Positions 20,032-29,758 of a DNA stretch of 64,000 bases are shown here, one piece after another (the first letter of the stretch is position 1; every line of letters starts with the position of its first letter). The notes below the pieces were generated by a model, which was given only the letters and a program-made list of their open reading frames with translations, had not been told where the DNA came from and did no database searches. Source of the stretch: Methanoregula sp. (lineage in GTDB: Archaea; Halobacteriota; Methanomicrobia; Methanomicrobiales; Methanospirillaceae); NCBI RefSeq assembly GCF_049510175.1, contig NZ_JBEKZF010000003.1, forward strand, positions 149,195 to 213,194, in the 5' to 3' direction. A program made the translations under genes and the position numbers.

Positions 20032-22098
20032 TTACTCATGCCGGCATTCCGGCAAGCCGGAACTGCACTTGTGCCGGCAGATATTGCCTACTGCCCTGAA
20101 GGCATCCTCGAGGTCCGGGAAGTTGGGGATCTGTGAATCGTGCAGGATGCGCAGCGGCGTTTTCATGCTGTCGCCGCCTATCATACAGCCGACGATCATT
20201 TTGTGCGTATTTTTGGAAAAACGGACGATCTCGTTTGCCACCCGGATCGGATCGGAGATGGCTGTGGGTACCGCGATCACAAACGCGATGTCCCAGATGT
20301 CCTGATGACGGATCATGATATCGAACGTGCGGGCGAACTGGTCTGCACTGGAGTCGCCAACCATATCAATGGGGTTCTCGCGGCTCCAGTTTACCGGCAG
20401 CACGGCATTTAGTTCGCCGGTAAGTTCGGACGAGAATTCGATCATTTCGATTCCGAACCTCTCGGCATAATCGGACGACAGGACAGCAAACCCCCCGGCA
20501 TTGGTGATGACGACGGCACGGGTTCCCCTCGGGTATCCCTCGGAAGAGAGCAGCTCGGCTGCCTGGAAGGCTTCCCGGATGGAACTGACCGGGATAACCC
20601 CGGCCTGGTGGAAGGCTGCCATGTATACTTCAAAACTCCCGGCCAGGGAGCCCGTATGGGACGAAGCGGCTTTCTGTCCGATCCGCGAGGATCCGGATTT
20701 TATGGCAACAACCGGTTTTGTCGGGGATACCTTCCGGACAGTCTCCATGAAACGCGGGCCGGACCGGATCTGTTCGATATAGAGGATGATCGCCCGAGTG
20801 GCAGGATCGCTCCCGGCAAACCGGATGAAGTCCTCAAAGGTGAGATCGGACTGGTTACCGACACTGATAACCGCAGAAAAACCGATCTCCTCCGGCAGGC
20901 TCCAGTCGATGATGGTCGTAATGATCGCGCCGCTCTGGGAAATGAAGGCGATCCTTCCGGGTTTCGGGGAGACCGGATCAAACGTCGTGTTGATCCCTTG
21001 ATACGGGAGCATGAGCCCAAGGCAGTTGGGGCCCATGATCCGCATGCTATGGCGCTGTGCAGTCGATAGGATCTCGTCTTCAAGCTGCCGCCCAACATTT
21101 CCGCTTTCACGGAATCCTGATGAAATGATGATGGAAAGAGGCACCCCTTTCAGTCCTGCCTCGTTGATAACTTTGGGAACGCCGGGTGCCGGGATCGCAA
21201 TCACCGCGAGATCGACCTTTTCCGGTATGGATGCAAGGTCCGGGTATGCAGTGTGCCCGAGGATCGTGGGGCTCTTCGGGTTGACCGGGTAGAGAGTACC
21301 GGGGAACACGAGCAGGTTCCGGCAGATCGCGTACCCGACCTTGTTCGGGTCCTGCGATGCCCCTACGACAGCTATGGAATGAATATCGAGAAGGCTGACG
21401 GGCATTTCCCGGGCTGCGATAGTGTCAACGGTCGGAGGTGTATCATCCCGGTAAAACCGTGCATCTACCGCGCACCCTCCCGTTTCGTACAGGATCAGGG
21501 GGTTGATATCGAATTCGCTGATACGGGGATCGGACAGGAACATCCCGGCAACAGAACCGATGATCTTCACAAGGGACGCTTCGTCCAGCGCCGGTTCGTC
21601 ACGATAACCGGCGATCAGCGGGTAGCTCCTCAGCTCCCTGACCATGGTTCGGATCTCACTCTCATCGATGGGAAGAACGCGGATGGAGATATCCCTCAGC
21701 AGCTCGACCATCTTCCCGCCGAACCCGATGGTGATGACCTTGCCGAATGCCGGATCGGTTTTCCCCCCGACGATCAGTTCAAGCCCTTGTGCCATCTGCT
21801 GCTCTACCATGATACCGGTGATCTTCGCGCCGGAACTGTGGGCCTGAACATTCCGGGCAATATGATCGAATGCCAACCGTGCTTCCGCGGTAGAACGTAT
21901 GCCCGTGACGACACCTCCGGCATCACTCTTGTGGACGATATCCGGTGAGATCACCTTCATGACAACCGGATATCCTATGGAATCGGCAGCACGGGCAGCA
22001 TCGTCCTGCGTAGTGGCAACATGATAGTGCGGTACTGGAATATCGGCGCCTGCCAGTAGTAAATATCCTTCTGCTTCGGAAAGTAACGTCCTTGTCAT
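20032..22098 (-). CDS. ADP-forming acetate/acyl-CoA ligase, beta-alpha fusion (ATP-grasp domain first)
   Basis: VMKVISPDIVHKSDAGGV and EFDINP, then GASQDPNKVG, GPNCLG, SQSGA and SHTGSLAG (phospho-His). Confidence 0.9.
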   Translation of the reverse strand: MTRTLLSEAEGYLLLAGADIPVPHYHVATTQDDAARAADSIGYPVVMKVISPDIVHKSDAGGVVTGIRSTAEARLAFDHIARNVQAHSSGAKITGIMVEQQMAQGLELIVGGKTDPAFGKVITIGFGGKMVELLRDISIRVLPIDESEIRTMVRELRSYPLIAGYRDEPALDEASLVKIIGSVAGMFLSDPRISEFDINPLILYETGGCAVDARFYRDDTPPTVDTIAAREMPVSLLDIHSIAVVGASQDPNKVGYAICRNLLVFPGTLYPVNPKSPTILGHTAYPDLASIPEKVDLAVIAIPAPGVPKVINEAGLKGVPLSIIISSGFRESGNVGRQLEDEILSTAQRHSMRIMGPNCLGLMLPYQGINTTFDPVSPKPGRIAFISQSGAIITTIIDWSLPEEIGFSAVISVGNQSDLTFEDFIRFAGSDPATRAIILYIEQIRSGPRFMETVRKVSPTKPVVAIKSGSSRIGQKAASSHTGSLAGSFEVYMAAFHQAGVIPVSSIREAFQAAELLSSEGYPRGTRAVVITNAGGFAVLSSDYAERFGIEMIEFSSELTGELNAVLPVNWSRENPIDMVGDSSADQFARTFDIMIRHQDIWDIAFVIAVPTAISDPIRVANEIVRFSKNTHKMIVGCMIGGDSMKTPLRILHDSQIPNFPDLEDAFRAVGNICRHKCSSGLPECRHE

Positions 22099-22236
22099 CG
22101 CAACCGGTCCTGAGAGAGTGTGGTCTGGTACCGTTCTTAATGATGTCTGCCGTTCCATAAGAAAGGGCAGACTGGAGAAGAACGCAATAGCGTTCTTCGA
22201 TTTACCTCCAGAGTCATAATAAGCAGAAGTTCCAGA

Positions 22237-23346
22237 TTAAAGCCCGTAGGAGCGGTTCGTTTTAAGGCACCGTGCCATATCAGATACGACCGGGGTAATC
22301 TCCTCGCCGTGGGAGATGCGGTCAACCATTCGTTCTGCAAGACTTCCGTTGTGAATCCTCTCTTTTACGATGGGCAGGTAGCACCGTTCATCCGCAGTTG
22401 CACGCTGCCATGCGGCATCGTAAAGATGCCCGAGTTCCTGTTTTAGTCCGGCGGTTCCGTTCCGGATGGCATCTTCCGTCAGTGCCAGCAGTGCCTCATG
22501 GTCCGTTTCAACCGGGAGGGAGCGGCAACGCAGGAGAGACCGGACAAAGGCACACACCGCCATATCGGACCGGATTGATTCCTGCTCGTCGAGCGCCTTG
22601 ATCTCAAGGCACCTGCGCGAGAAGCGGATGATGACCCCGCTGGAATTGACCCATTCCTCGCAGAGAATCCCGGCGTCACGGGAGAGGAGCTCTGAAAAAA
22701 TTTCCTCCTGCTGAATGTGGTAATCTGCAACCGACCGGATCTTCTCCGGCACGATCCTGTTGCAGATACGTGGGATCTCTTTCTGGTTCTCCCGGTAATA
22801 TACGAGGCGGTTGTCACAGGTTCCGGTCAGCTTACCTTCGACCATGGGGGAGGATGCGGTCACGGCAACAAGCCAGGGAATGAGGGTGCGAATCTTGTTG
22901 TACAAGATCACGAGTTCCCTGCTGCTCTGGTAAGCGAGGTTGATCTGGAGGGCTTGGATATTCAGCCAGCCGTGCTGGTGGATGTTGAAGAGCCGGTCGT
23001 ACACTTCGTAATACTCCCCCTCATCGTGATCCCAGACCGGAATTTCATTTATATGGGCAGTGGGGTGCATGCCAAGGCCAAGAAGATAGTAGCGGTCAGA
23101 AAAAACATGGTTGAATTTTGCCAGCCCTTTCATCAGCTGTGCCTCCAGTGACGCGAGATCCTCTGCAGGGGAGCGTGGGACCATCTCGAGCACGGTCTTC
23201 TGGAGTTCCTTACCCAGTTTCACGTCCCCGAACAGGATCTCGCTTTCGTATCTCCCGCAGATCTCCCTGAGGATCTTGTCGGAAACCGGTAGGGCATGGA
23301 ATTGCCGGTCGTTGATGGAGAATTCGTGTTCAGTCCCGATGGTCAT
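22237..23346 (-). CDS. Glutamate-cysteine ligase family 2 (GCS2/YbdK-like carboxylate-amine ligase)
   Basis: IGTEHEFSI, LGLGMHPT, ASSPM and LEIKALD. Confidence 0.8.
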   Translation of the reverse strand: MTIGTEHEFSINDRQFHALPVSDKILREICGRYESEILFGDVKLGKELQKTVLEMVPRSPAEDLASLEAQLMKGLAKFNHVFSDRYYLLGLGMHPTAHINEIPVWDHDEGEYYEVYDRLFNIHQHGWLNIQALQINLAYQSSRELVILYNKIRTLIPWLVAVTASSPMVEGKLTGTCDNRLVYYRENQKEIPRICNRIVPEKIRSVADYHIQQEEIFSELLSRDAGILCEEWVNSSGVIIRFSRRCLEIKALDEQESIRSDMAVCAFVRSLLRCRSLPVETDHEALLALTEDAIRNGTAGLKQELGHLYDAAWQRATADERCYLPIVKERIHNGSLAERMVDRISHGEEITPVVSDMARCLKTNRSYGL

Positions 23347-23839
23347 GGGACACACTGTATATCCTTGGGATTTCCGCTACCTTTTCAGTCTCCGGCTCTT
23401 CGATCCTGCAGATCACATTAATTTCCTCGTCGGTCAGGTTTGAAACGAGATGGGTGATGTTTTTTACTGCGAGGGTATACTGCTGCTCATAGGCATCAGG
23501 AACTTCTTTGAAAAGGCGGACAATCGGACATATCTTCTCAAATTTCAGGAAGATTTCGATCACATCACCCTTTACGTCAAACGTGAACGGACCTGCCCGG
23601 CAGGTCTCGGGTTTGATGGTATGGATCGCGCATTTGCCCCCCGTCCGGAACGTGCAGGTGCCATCCCTGCGGGTCCTGAGATAGCGGTACCCCTTCCGCT
23701 CAAAGGCATCTCCCGGTACACCTTCAGCAAGGAGCCTGCGGTAACAGTGTTCAGATATCGGGGGATGCGCATCGTTACAGCACTGTCCACTGCAGCGCAA
23801 ACAGATAGTCTCGGCACGAATCAGCCAGTCTTGATCCAT
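23330..23839 (-). CDS. YkgJ/UPF0153 cysteine-cluster protein
   Basis: CLRCSGQCC, CTF, CAIHTIKPETCRAGPF, CP. Confidence 0.85.
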   Translation of the reverse strand: MDQDWLIRAETICLRCSGQCCNDAHPPISEHCYRRLLAEGVPGDAFERKGYRYLRTRRDGTCTFRTGGKCAIHTIKPETCRAGPFTFDVKGDVIEIFLKFEKICPIVRLFKEVPDAYEQQYTLAVKNITHLVSNLTDEEINVICRIEEPETEKVAEIPRIYSVSHDHRD

Positions 23840-23843
23840 GGTC

Positions 23844-24716
23844 TCACTTCGCGAACAGGTGGTCAACGATATGTTCGTAGACCCGGGGGTAATGTGTGTC
23901 CTCACCGCTTTCAAGAGAGGGGTTATCATTCACTTCAATAACGTACGCATCGCCGTTATTATTCTTTATGTCCACTCCGTACAGGCCATTTCCGATCGCG
24001 TTTGCCGCTTCGATACCGAGCCTGACCACGTGAGGGGGGACATCCTTTTCCGGCACACTCTCGACCCCGCAATAGACAATATGTCCATTGACCGAGGCCT
24101 GGATCTTAAACGTGACTGAAGGGATGGTATACTTGCAGACATACAGGAGATTCCCGTCAAGGACGCCAACTCTCCAGTCATATTTGCTCTCGATATACTG
24201 CTGGACAACGATCCAGTCGGAGAGCCGGATAAACCGATGGGCAACCCGGAAAAAGTCTGCAATATCGTTCACCTTTTCCACACGGAGCGAGAACGATGTT
24301 GAGGGTTCCTTGACAATGAGCGGGGAGCCCAGTTCATCGAACAGGCGGGTGACGCTTTCAACGGTCAGATCCTGTTTGGACAGGAAGACGGTTTTCGGGA
24401 GCGAGATGTGGTTTTTGATCAGGTGCGAGTACATATTGATTTTATCCGAGCAGATCTGGATGGACTGAGGGTCGTCGATCACCGGGATACCGTGGAAACT
24501 CGCCATCCGTGCGGCCACGTACGTAACGTTCATCGGGTCGGTCCGGGCGCGGATGAAGAGCGCATCCACTTTCGTGATCTTCCTGATATCCACCGGGAAA
24601 ATAAAGTCCACTTCGTGTCCCTTGTTCTCGGCCACGTCCCGGCACCGGATCAGGGCGTTGAGTTGCTCCGAGTTTGAGAGCGTCTTACGGTCAACGAAAA
24701 TACCGAGCCGGCTCAT
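23844..24716 (-). CDS. RimK-family ATP-grasp ligase
   Basis: DALFIR, CSDKIN, PKT, IVKEP, QQYI, DWRVGV, GVDIK, IEVNDNP. Confidence 0.9.
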   Translation of the reverse strand: MSRLGIFVDRKTLSNSEQLNALIRCRDVAENKGHEVDFIFPVDIRKITKVDALFIRARTDPMNVTYVAARMASFHGIPVIDDPQSIQICSDKINMYSHLIKNHISLPKTVFLSKQDLTVESVTRLFDELGSPLIVKEPSTSFSLRVEKVNDIADFFRVAHRFIRLSDWIVVQQYIESKYDWRVGVLDGNLLYVCKYTIPSVTFKIQASVNGHIVYCGVESVPEKDVPPHVVRLGIEAANAIGNGLYGVDIKNNNGDAYVIEVNDNPSLESGEDTHYPRVYEHIVDHLFAK

Positions 24717-25513
24717 ATGAACTCCTGGTGTGAGAGGTATGCCGAGAGGAGCGTGCGCTCTTCTCCGGCGAGCTGGGAATATTTTGTTGGAGAGAGAGAG
24801 GAGAGGAGGCAGCGGTTGCTGTATTTCACGAAATTAATAGTGACAAGCGGAATAGCAAAGAGATCGTAAACACGCCGTGCAATATCCGCGGAACTGTGGC
24901 AGCTTCCCGCAGTTTTCCCGAAGATTGCCCTGCAGGACTCGATCTCTGCACCGTCGTCCAGTTTCTGGTAGCAGAATGGATACTTTCCCTTGTTGGTGAT
25001 GTGCTTGATGATCTCTTTTGCCATGTCGTTGTCGCTGACAACTGAATAGTCCGATGTTGTGGCAAAATAGTTCAGTCCGTAGAGGATTGACGGCAGTGGC
25101 GCATAACCCTGGGATATCCCCCATTCGCAAACCGGGATGCCGGCAAGGTGCGCCCGCTCCAGGCAGACTGGTACTATATACGCGTCGAGCACGGCAGCGC
25201 TTGACGGCTGTACCGGGATACCATCCATTTCATGCCGGAGGATAGAATAATACGATTCGGTCTTGTAGGAATAGTTCTCGCTGATAATATGATAGGTGTT
25301 GTTGCGGCAGACGGTAAAAAGCGTGTCGCGGGGGATACAGGTTTCCCGCCGTATCGCGCTACGGTGATTCTGTTTTTTCTGGGATTGAAGATTCTGTAAG
25401 GTCTTTGCGGAGGTATCTTGTATTATATGAGGGACAAGTGGGACACAGGACTGGACGTCTCCGAGAACCTTCCGGCTCATATCAATAGGGGTTTCACCCC
25501 ATCGATCGTTCAT
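24713..25513 (-). CDS. RLAN (RimK-like ATP-grasp N-terminal) domain protein
   Basis: NYSYKTESYYSIL and PVQPS motif; ATGA overlap with the RimK gene. Confidence 0.7.
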   Translation of the reverse strand: MNDRWGETPIDMSRKVLGDVQSCVPLVPHIIQDTSAKTLQNLQSQKKQNHRSAIRRETCIPRDTLFTVCRNNTYHIISENYSYKTESYYSILRHEMDGIPVQPSSAAVLDAYIVPVCLERAHLAGIPVCEWGISQGYAPLPSILYGLNYFATTSDYSVVSDNDMAKEIIKHITNKGKYPFCYQKLDDGAEIESCRAIFGKTAGSCHSSADIARRVYDLFAIPLVTINFVKYSNRCLLSSLSPTKYSQLAGEERTLLSAYLSHQEFI

Positions 25514-25716
25514 GGGGTACTCAGCCCGCAGTATTGCCTGTACTGGAAGAACAGGTAAGAAATCCCAATATTTGTAATGGAAGGAACATGGCCGGCTTCC
25601 GTCGGATACAAGGGCAGTCTCCCCCTATGCCAGAGAATGCCATCAGGTGCTGTAAAAAGGGAAGAGAATACCCGATGGTTCTCTTCGTCATCGTCACTTT
25701 CTGGGAACTCATTCAT
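25510..25716 (-). CDS. Small hypothetical protein (68 aa) at the head of the ligase operon
   Basis: Stop overlaps the RLAN start as ATGA; acidic N-terminus. Confidence 0.45.
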   Translation of the reverse strand: MNEFPESDDDEENHRVFSSLFTAPDGILWHRGRLPLYPTEAGHVPSITNIGISYLFFQYRQYCGLSTP

Positions 25717-25917
25717 AGAGAACACTAATCCAACATCATGCTCATTGGATTATCGTTATCAGCTATACGATCAGAGCTTTAAAAGAATTTTGCACTGGGG
25801 CAGAAAATAGATGACAAAACCTGTAAAAAAAATAACTGCCGATCATAAAAGAGGGGTACCTTCACAAACATTTTCTCCCTCTCAGCGCTTCAGGATACTT
25901 ACTGGCGATGACGAAAA

Positions 25918-25950
25918 ATCAACCTAACTCGACATTAGGATAAGGTTGAT
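25918..25950. promoter_or_regulatory. Inverted repeat ATCAACCT-N17-AGGTTGAT
   Basis: Perfect 8-bp arms ending 29 bp before the HTH-CBS start. Confidence 0.4.
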
Positions 25951-25978
25951 AACTTACTATCACTATCAGTAATGAATA

Positions 25979-26533
25979 ATGCACATCCCAACACCGGAGG
26001 AACTCCGCACGCGCCGCGAAGCGCTCGGCCTGAAGCAGACCGAGCTGGCCCGACGCGCCGGGATCAGCCAGTCCATGGTGGCGCGGATCGAAGCGGGTAA
26101 CGTGGATCCGCGGGTCAGCACGCTCAACAAGATCATTGTCGTCCTCAACAGCGCGGAACCACGAAAGATCCGGGCAGTCCAGATCATGCATACGCCCGTC
26201 CTGTCAGTGCAGCCCCAGGATGCGATCAGCCGTGCCGTCGAGATCTTCGAAAAGAATAATATTTCACAATTGCCGGTGATCGAACGGGGCGTCCCGGTCG
26301 GATGCATATCCGAATCCGTCATTGTGAAGGCGATTGAGCAGCAGCGGTTGCACAAGACTCACCTGTTCTTTGTCCGGGATTTCATGGAACCGGGTTTTCC
26401 CACGGTGCCACCAGATATGGATGTTGAGACCGTAGTCAATATCCTGCAGCAGAACCATGCAGTCCTCGTAGTCGAGGGACGGGTCGTGCGGGGCGTCATC
26501 ACCAAGCATGACCTGATCTCTCTCATTGTGTAG
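25979..26533 (+). CDS. XRE-HTH plus CBS-pair transcriptional regulator
   Basis: QTELARRAGISQSMVARIEAG and two CBS motifs (SQLPV, FPTV). Confidence 0.9.
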   Translation: MHIPTPEELRTRREALGLKQTELARRAGISQSMVARIEAGNVDPRVSTLNKIIVVLNSAEPRKIRAVQIMHTPVLSVQPQDAISRAVEIFEKNNISQLPVIERGVPVGCISESVIVKAIEQQRLHKTHLFFVRDFMEPGFPTVPPDMDVETVVNILQQNHAVLVVEGRVVRGVITKHDLISLIV

Positions 26534-26668
26534 GGGCTTTTACTGCTCCCTGATTTTTTCAATGTAGCGACCGGGACAGCGGGTTTCAGTGGGATGATGC
26601 ATACGTTTATACAGCATATGACCGAGGCTTAATTTTCGTGGCTATCTGGCCGCTGTCGTGAGTTTCAC

Positions 26669-26770
26669 ATGGCGGAAGAGCCAGCGGAAATCAGTTATAT
26701 GACGGTGATAGGGATAGGAGTTGTGTTATGCATCGTAATCGTGGAAGTCTGGTATCTGTTCCTGAAGTAA
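26669..26770 (+). CDS. 33-aa single-TM small protein (not in the ORF track)
   Basis: MAEEPAEISYMTVIGIGVVLCIVIVEVWYLFLK: acidic N-terminus, about 20 hydrophobic residues, terminal Lys. Confidence 0.55.
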   Translation: MAEEPAEISYMTVIGIGVVLCIVIVEVWYLFLK

Positions 26771-26859
26771 CCGCTATCGTTACTTGTCTCCACATTAAAT
26801 AAAACCGGCGTAAAACCAAAATCCCTGAAAAACTCCAATATAACGGTTACCGGAATTTT

Positions 26860-28374
26860 TCACCCTTTTGTTCCGGCTTCGTACCGCTCAAGATCGCCAG
26901 CGGGAACAAGCTTCCTGTTCTCAAGAACCGACACCGCTCCGTGACCTCCGCAGATAAGGCAGCGCCGGCCGGATGATGCGAGCGAACGATCTGTTTCTTC
27001 CGCGAGTGCTATCAGGGCGACACGCTCCTGTCTCGCACGTTCGCTGTCGACATTGACTGAAGTAACGAGGAATGCCGCAAGCGAACTGTAATCCGCCCGC
27101 TCCTTTGTCAGGCTTCCAAAATTGATCACGCTGTCGGCAGCAAACAGCAGGCCGTGCGTCTTGGAATAGAGGAACACCTGCCCGCAGGTATGTCCCCCGA
27201 GCCCGTCCAGCACATCCAGTTCCAGCCCCCCGATCGTGACCGTTCCGATGACCGGGAAGATCCCTCTCATGACACTTGTCGGCCTTGAAAAACAGTGGAT
27301 ATCCGAAGGAATGGCAAACTGTGAGAACAGGTTGATCATCTTGGTATAGAACTCTTCAAGCACCGATCCCTGGCTCCGCGAACCGTAGGCGCGGTTGTTG
27401 GTCCGGATAATCTCAAGGGTATTCTTATGCATGAAGACGGGCACGGAGAAGTGGCCCGCTGCTCCGCAGTGATCTGCATCTGCATGCGTGACGATGATAC
27501 GTGACAGGTTTTTCATGCCGCCCATTCCATACCGGGCCACCATTGCCATGACATCGGTATGGTAGATACCATAGCCGGTGTCGATCATCACCAGTTCTTT
27601 CGGTGTTCTGATGAGGAACACGCTCCCACCACAGGGCGGCTGGAAGCAGTACAGCGTGATATCGGACGTTATGGCAAACCGCTGCACAGATGCATAAAAA
27701 TTATTTCCGAATGTCGTGTTCAGGGTACGACCCGTCGCAAGTACACTGTCAAAAACCTGATGAGGATTGCATCCCCGGTCCATAAGTTCCTGCGCGATGT
27801 GGTTGGTATCGGCAAGGAACGATAACAGGAATGCATCTTCGGATTCCCCGATGAGTTCGCGGACCTCCTGAGCATACCGGACATAAAAGACTGTATCGTC
27901 GAGATGTTTTCCGGTCTTGTCATATTCAACAATCTCGAGACGGTACCGCGATTTGAGTTGGTCAAGCAGACGGTCAATTTCCCTGCTCTGCTCAAGGTTG
28001 AGGCTGACGGTCAGACGATCGGGATGCCTTCCATTATCATCAAAATCGATCAATGCGATGTTCGCTCCGGCTGAGGTAATATATCCAAGGAATTCATGGA
28101 GCGCCCCGGGCTGGTGGGGGAGGTAAACGCAGAACTTCAGGAAGTCAAGCGATTTCAGCGAGGTCTGCAGGTATCCGATCCCGGCAAGGTCTTCGGTGAT
28201 CTTCCGGTAGTCATCTTCCGATGCGGTCACCTCATAAAAAACCGTCCCGGGATCGATGCGGCGATCAAATTGGATACGGTTGATATTCCCCTTGTATTTT
28301 TTAATAATCTCGGCAGCCCGGTGAAGTGAACCGGGTTCATCCGGCATATGAGCAACAAAAGAATATTTCCCCAT
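26860..28374 (-). CDS. ACT-ACT-metallo-beta-lactamase fold hydrolase
   Basis: Two ACT-like repeats (PDEPGSL, PHQPGAL), then IDTG, THADADHCG, GGHT, AADS and GGHG. Confidence 0.8.
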   Translation of the reverse strand: MGKYSFVAHMPDEPGSLHRAAEIIKKYKGNINRIQFDRRIDPGTVFYEVTASEDDYRKITEDLAGIGYLQTSLKSLDFLKFCVYLPHQPGALHEFLGYITSAGANIALIDFDDNGRHPDRLTVSLNLEQSREIDRLLDQLKSRYRLEIVEYDKTGKHLDDTVFYVRYAQEVRELIGESEDAFLLSFLADTNHIAQELMDRGCNPHQVFDSVLATGRTLNTTFGNNFYASVQRFAITSDITLYCFQPPCGGSVFLIRTPKELVMIDTGYGIYHTDVMAMVARYGMGGMKNLSRIIVTHADADHCGAAGHFSVPVFMHKNTLEIIRTNNRAYGSRSQGSVLEEFYTKMINLFSQFAIPSDIHCFSRPTSVMRGIFPVIGTVTIGGLELDVLDGLGGHTCGQVFLYSKTHGLLFAADSVINFGSLTKERADYSSLAAFLVTSVNVDSERARQERVALIALAEETDRSLASSGRRCLICGGHGAVSVLENRKLVPAGDLERYEAGTKG

Positions 28375-28475
28375 AATCCACCGATTGTGGGTACACCATT
28401 ATTCCCGGACGTCGATATAGATTATGGTCTTGGATGTCCGACGACGTGCGAGGACAGATACGATACACTAAAAAA

Positions 28476-29600
28476 TTAAGTATTTTTCCGTCGTGTTGAA
28501 AGAGCGAGGAACAATACTCCTGCGATGATAACTCCCGCAAGAGCGGTTACAGGTGATACCGGAAGGGAGAGCGGGTTTTTGATGAGGGTCGGTGAAATAG
28601 ATTTCGTTTCACCGGTCTGTACCGTTGCCTGAACGGAGTAGGTAAGATAGCCGGGAGATTTGATCTCCACAAGGTGGTTGCCCGTTGTAAGATTTCCGAG
28701 GGTAATGGGAGTTATTCCCTTGGGCACGGAATCAACGTAAACGGGTGCACCAGATGGTGTTGATGAGACGGATAACGTACCGGTTGGTGTGGAGGAGGTC
28801 TGTGGATTTTGTGTCAGCCCGGTAACCGGTGATGATGACAATACCGGAGTCGTTCCGGATTGACCCCCGGCACCTGGCGTGGCGTTTCCCTCAGGAGGGG
28901 AAGGCTGAGGGGGGATGACGGTGATTGTTGTACGGAACGGGTTTTTTACTGACGGACTGGTTACAGTCACGTAATATTCACCCGGCTGCATATCCACATG
29001 GAAAGCATACGTGAAATATCCCGATACAGTTGCTGAAGTATCATAGGTATGGAAGATGGTCCCGTTCACATCGCTGATCTGAATGCGGATGTCCTTAGTC
29101 CCCTGTTCAGCAGTACCTAATAGCTGGATGTAATTGCCGGTTTCAAGCGGGTTCGGGGTTGGGACCACGTAAAAATCCGGTTTTTTCATCATCACTGAAG
29201 TTGTGGCAGTCTGTGTCGGATCGCCAAAGTCAAGAGCAGTGATGTAATACCGTGCAGTCTGCATCTTGTCGATTCCCTGGATATTTGAGGTGTACCAGAT
29301 AAATCGCCATGAGCTGTCATCCTTCACCTCAATGGGATTACCGGTCCCCTCCTTACCGTTGAGATCATAGACCGGGACCCCGCCAGCGGGCAGTCCCGGG
29401 CCGTTGAGTTTCAGGACCGTAACATTCCCCGCCCTGTTGTACCCGTCGAAGATAATGGTATCACCAATGTAATATCCCCCGGCACCGCGATACGCGATGG
29501 ATAACGTATTATTCTCTGCAAGAACCGGCTGCAGACAGATGGCAACAGCTGCGAGCAGGACAAGGGATGAAATAATTCTGCTGATTTGTATTTTACCCAT
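28476..29600 (-). CDS. Secreted surface protein with PEGA domain and C-terminal anchor
   Basis: Signal peptide, Thr/Pro/Ser linker, SSTPSGAPVYVD PEGA motif, TM segment followed by RRK. Confidence 0.8.
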   Translation of the reverse strand: MGKIQISRIISSLVLLAAVAICLQPVLAENNTLSIAYRGAGGYYIGDTIIFDGYNRAGNVTVLKLNGPGLPAGGVPVYDLNGKEGTGNPIEVKDDSSWRFIWYTSNIQGIDKMQTARYYITALDFGDPTQTATTSVMMKKPDFYVVPTPNPLETGNYIQLLGTAEQGTKDIRIQISDVNGTIFHTYDTSATVSGYFTYAFHVDMQPGEYYVTVTSPSVKNPFRTTITVIPPQPSPPEGNATPGAGGQSGTTPVLSSSPVTGLTQNPQTSSTPTGTLSVSSTPSGAPVYVDSVPKGITPITLGNLTTGNHLVEIKSPGYLTYSVQATVQTGETKSISPTLIKNPLSLPVSPVTALAGVIIAGVLFLALSTRRKNT

Positions 29601-29758
29601 GCTATGCCTCTCTTTATAAAGAATATAACTTAAACGTATATATTTTCTTTATTGTAAGATTTTTGCTTAAAACGCAGGTTATAAGAGGATTTCTTCTTAC
29701 CCTATAACGAAACTATATCTATTTTACCGGGTAACCCTTGATGCGAGGGAAATGGACA

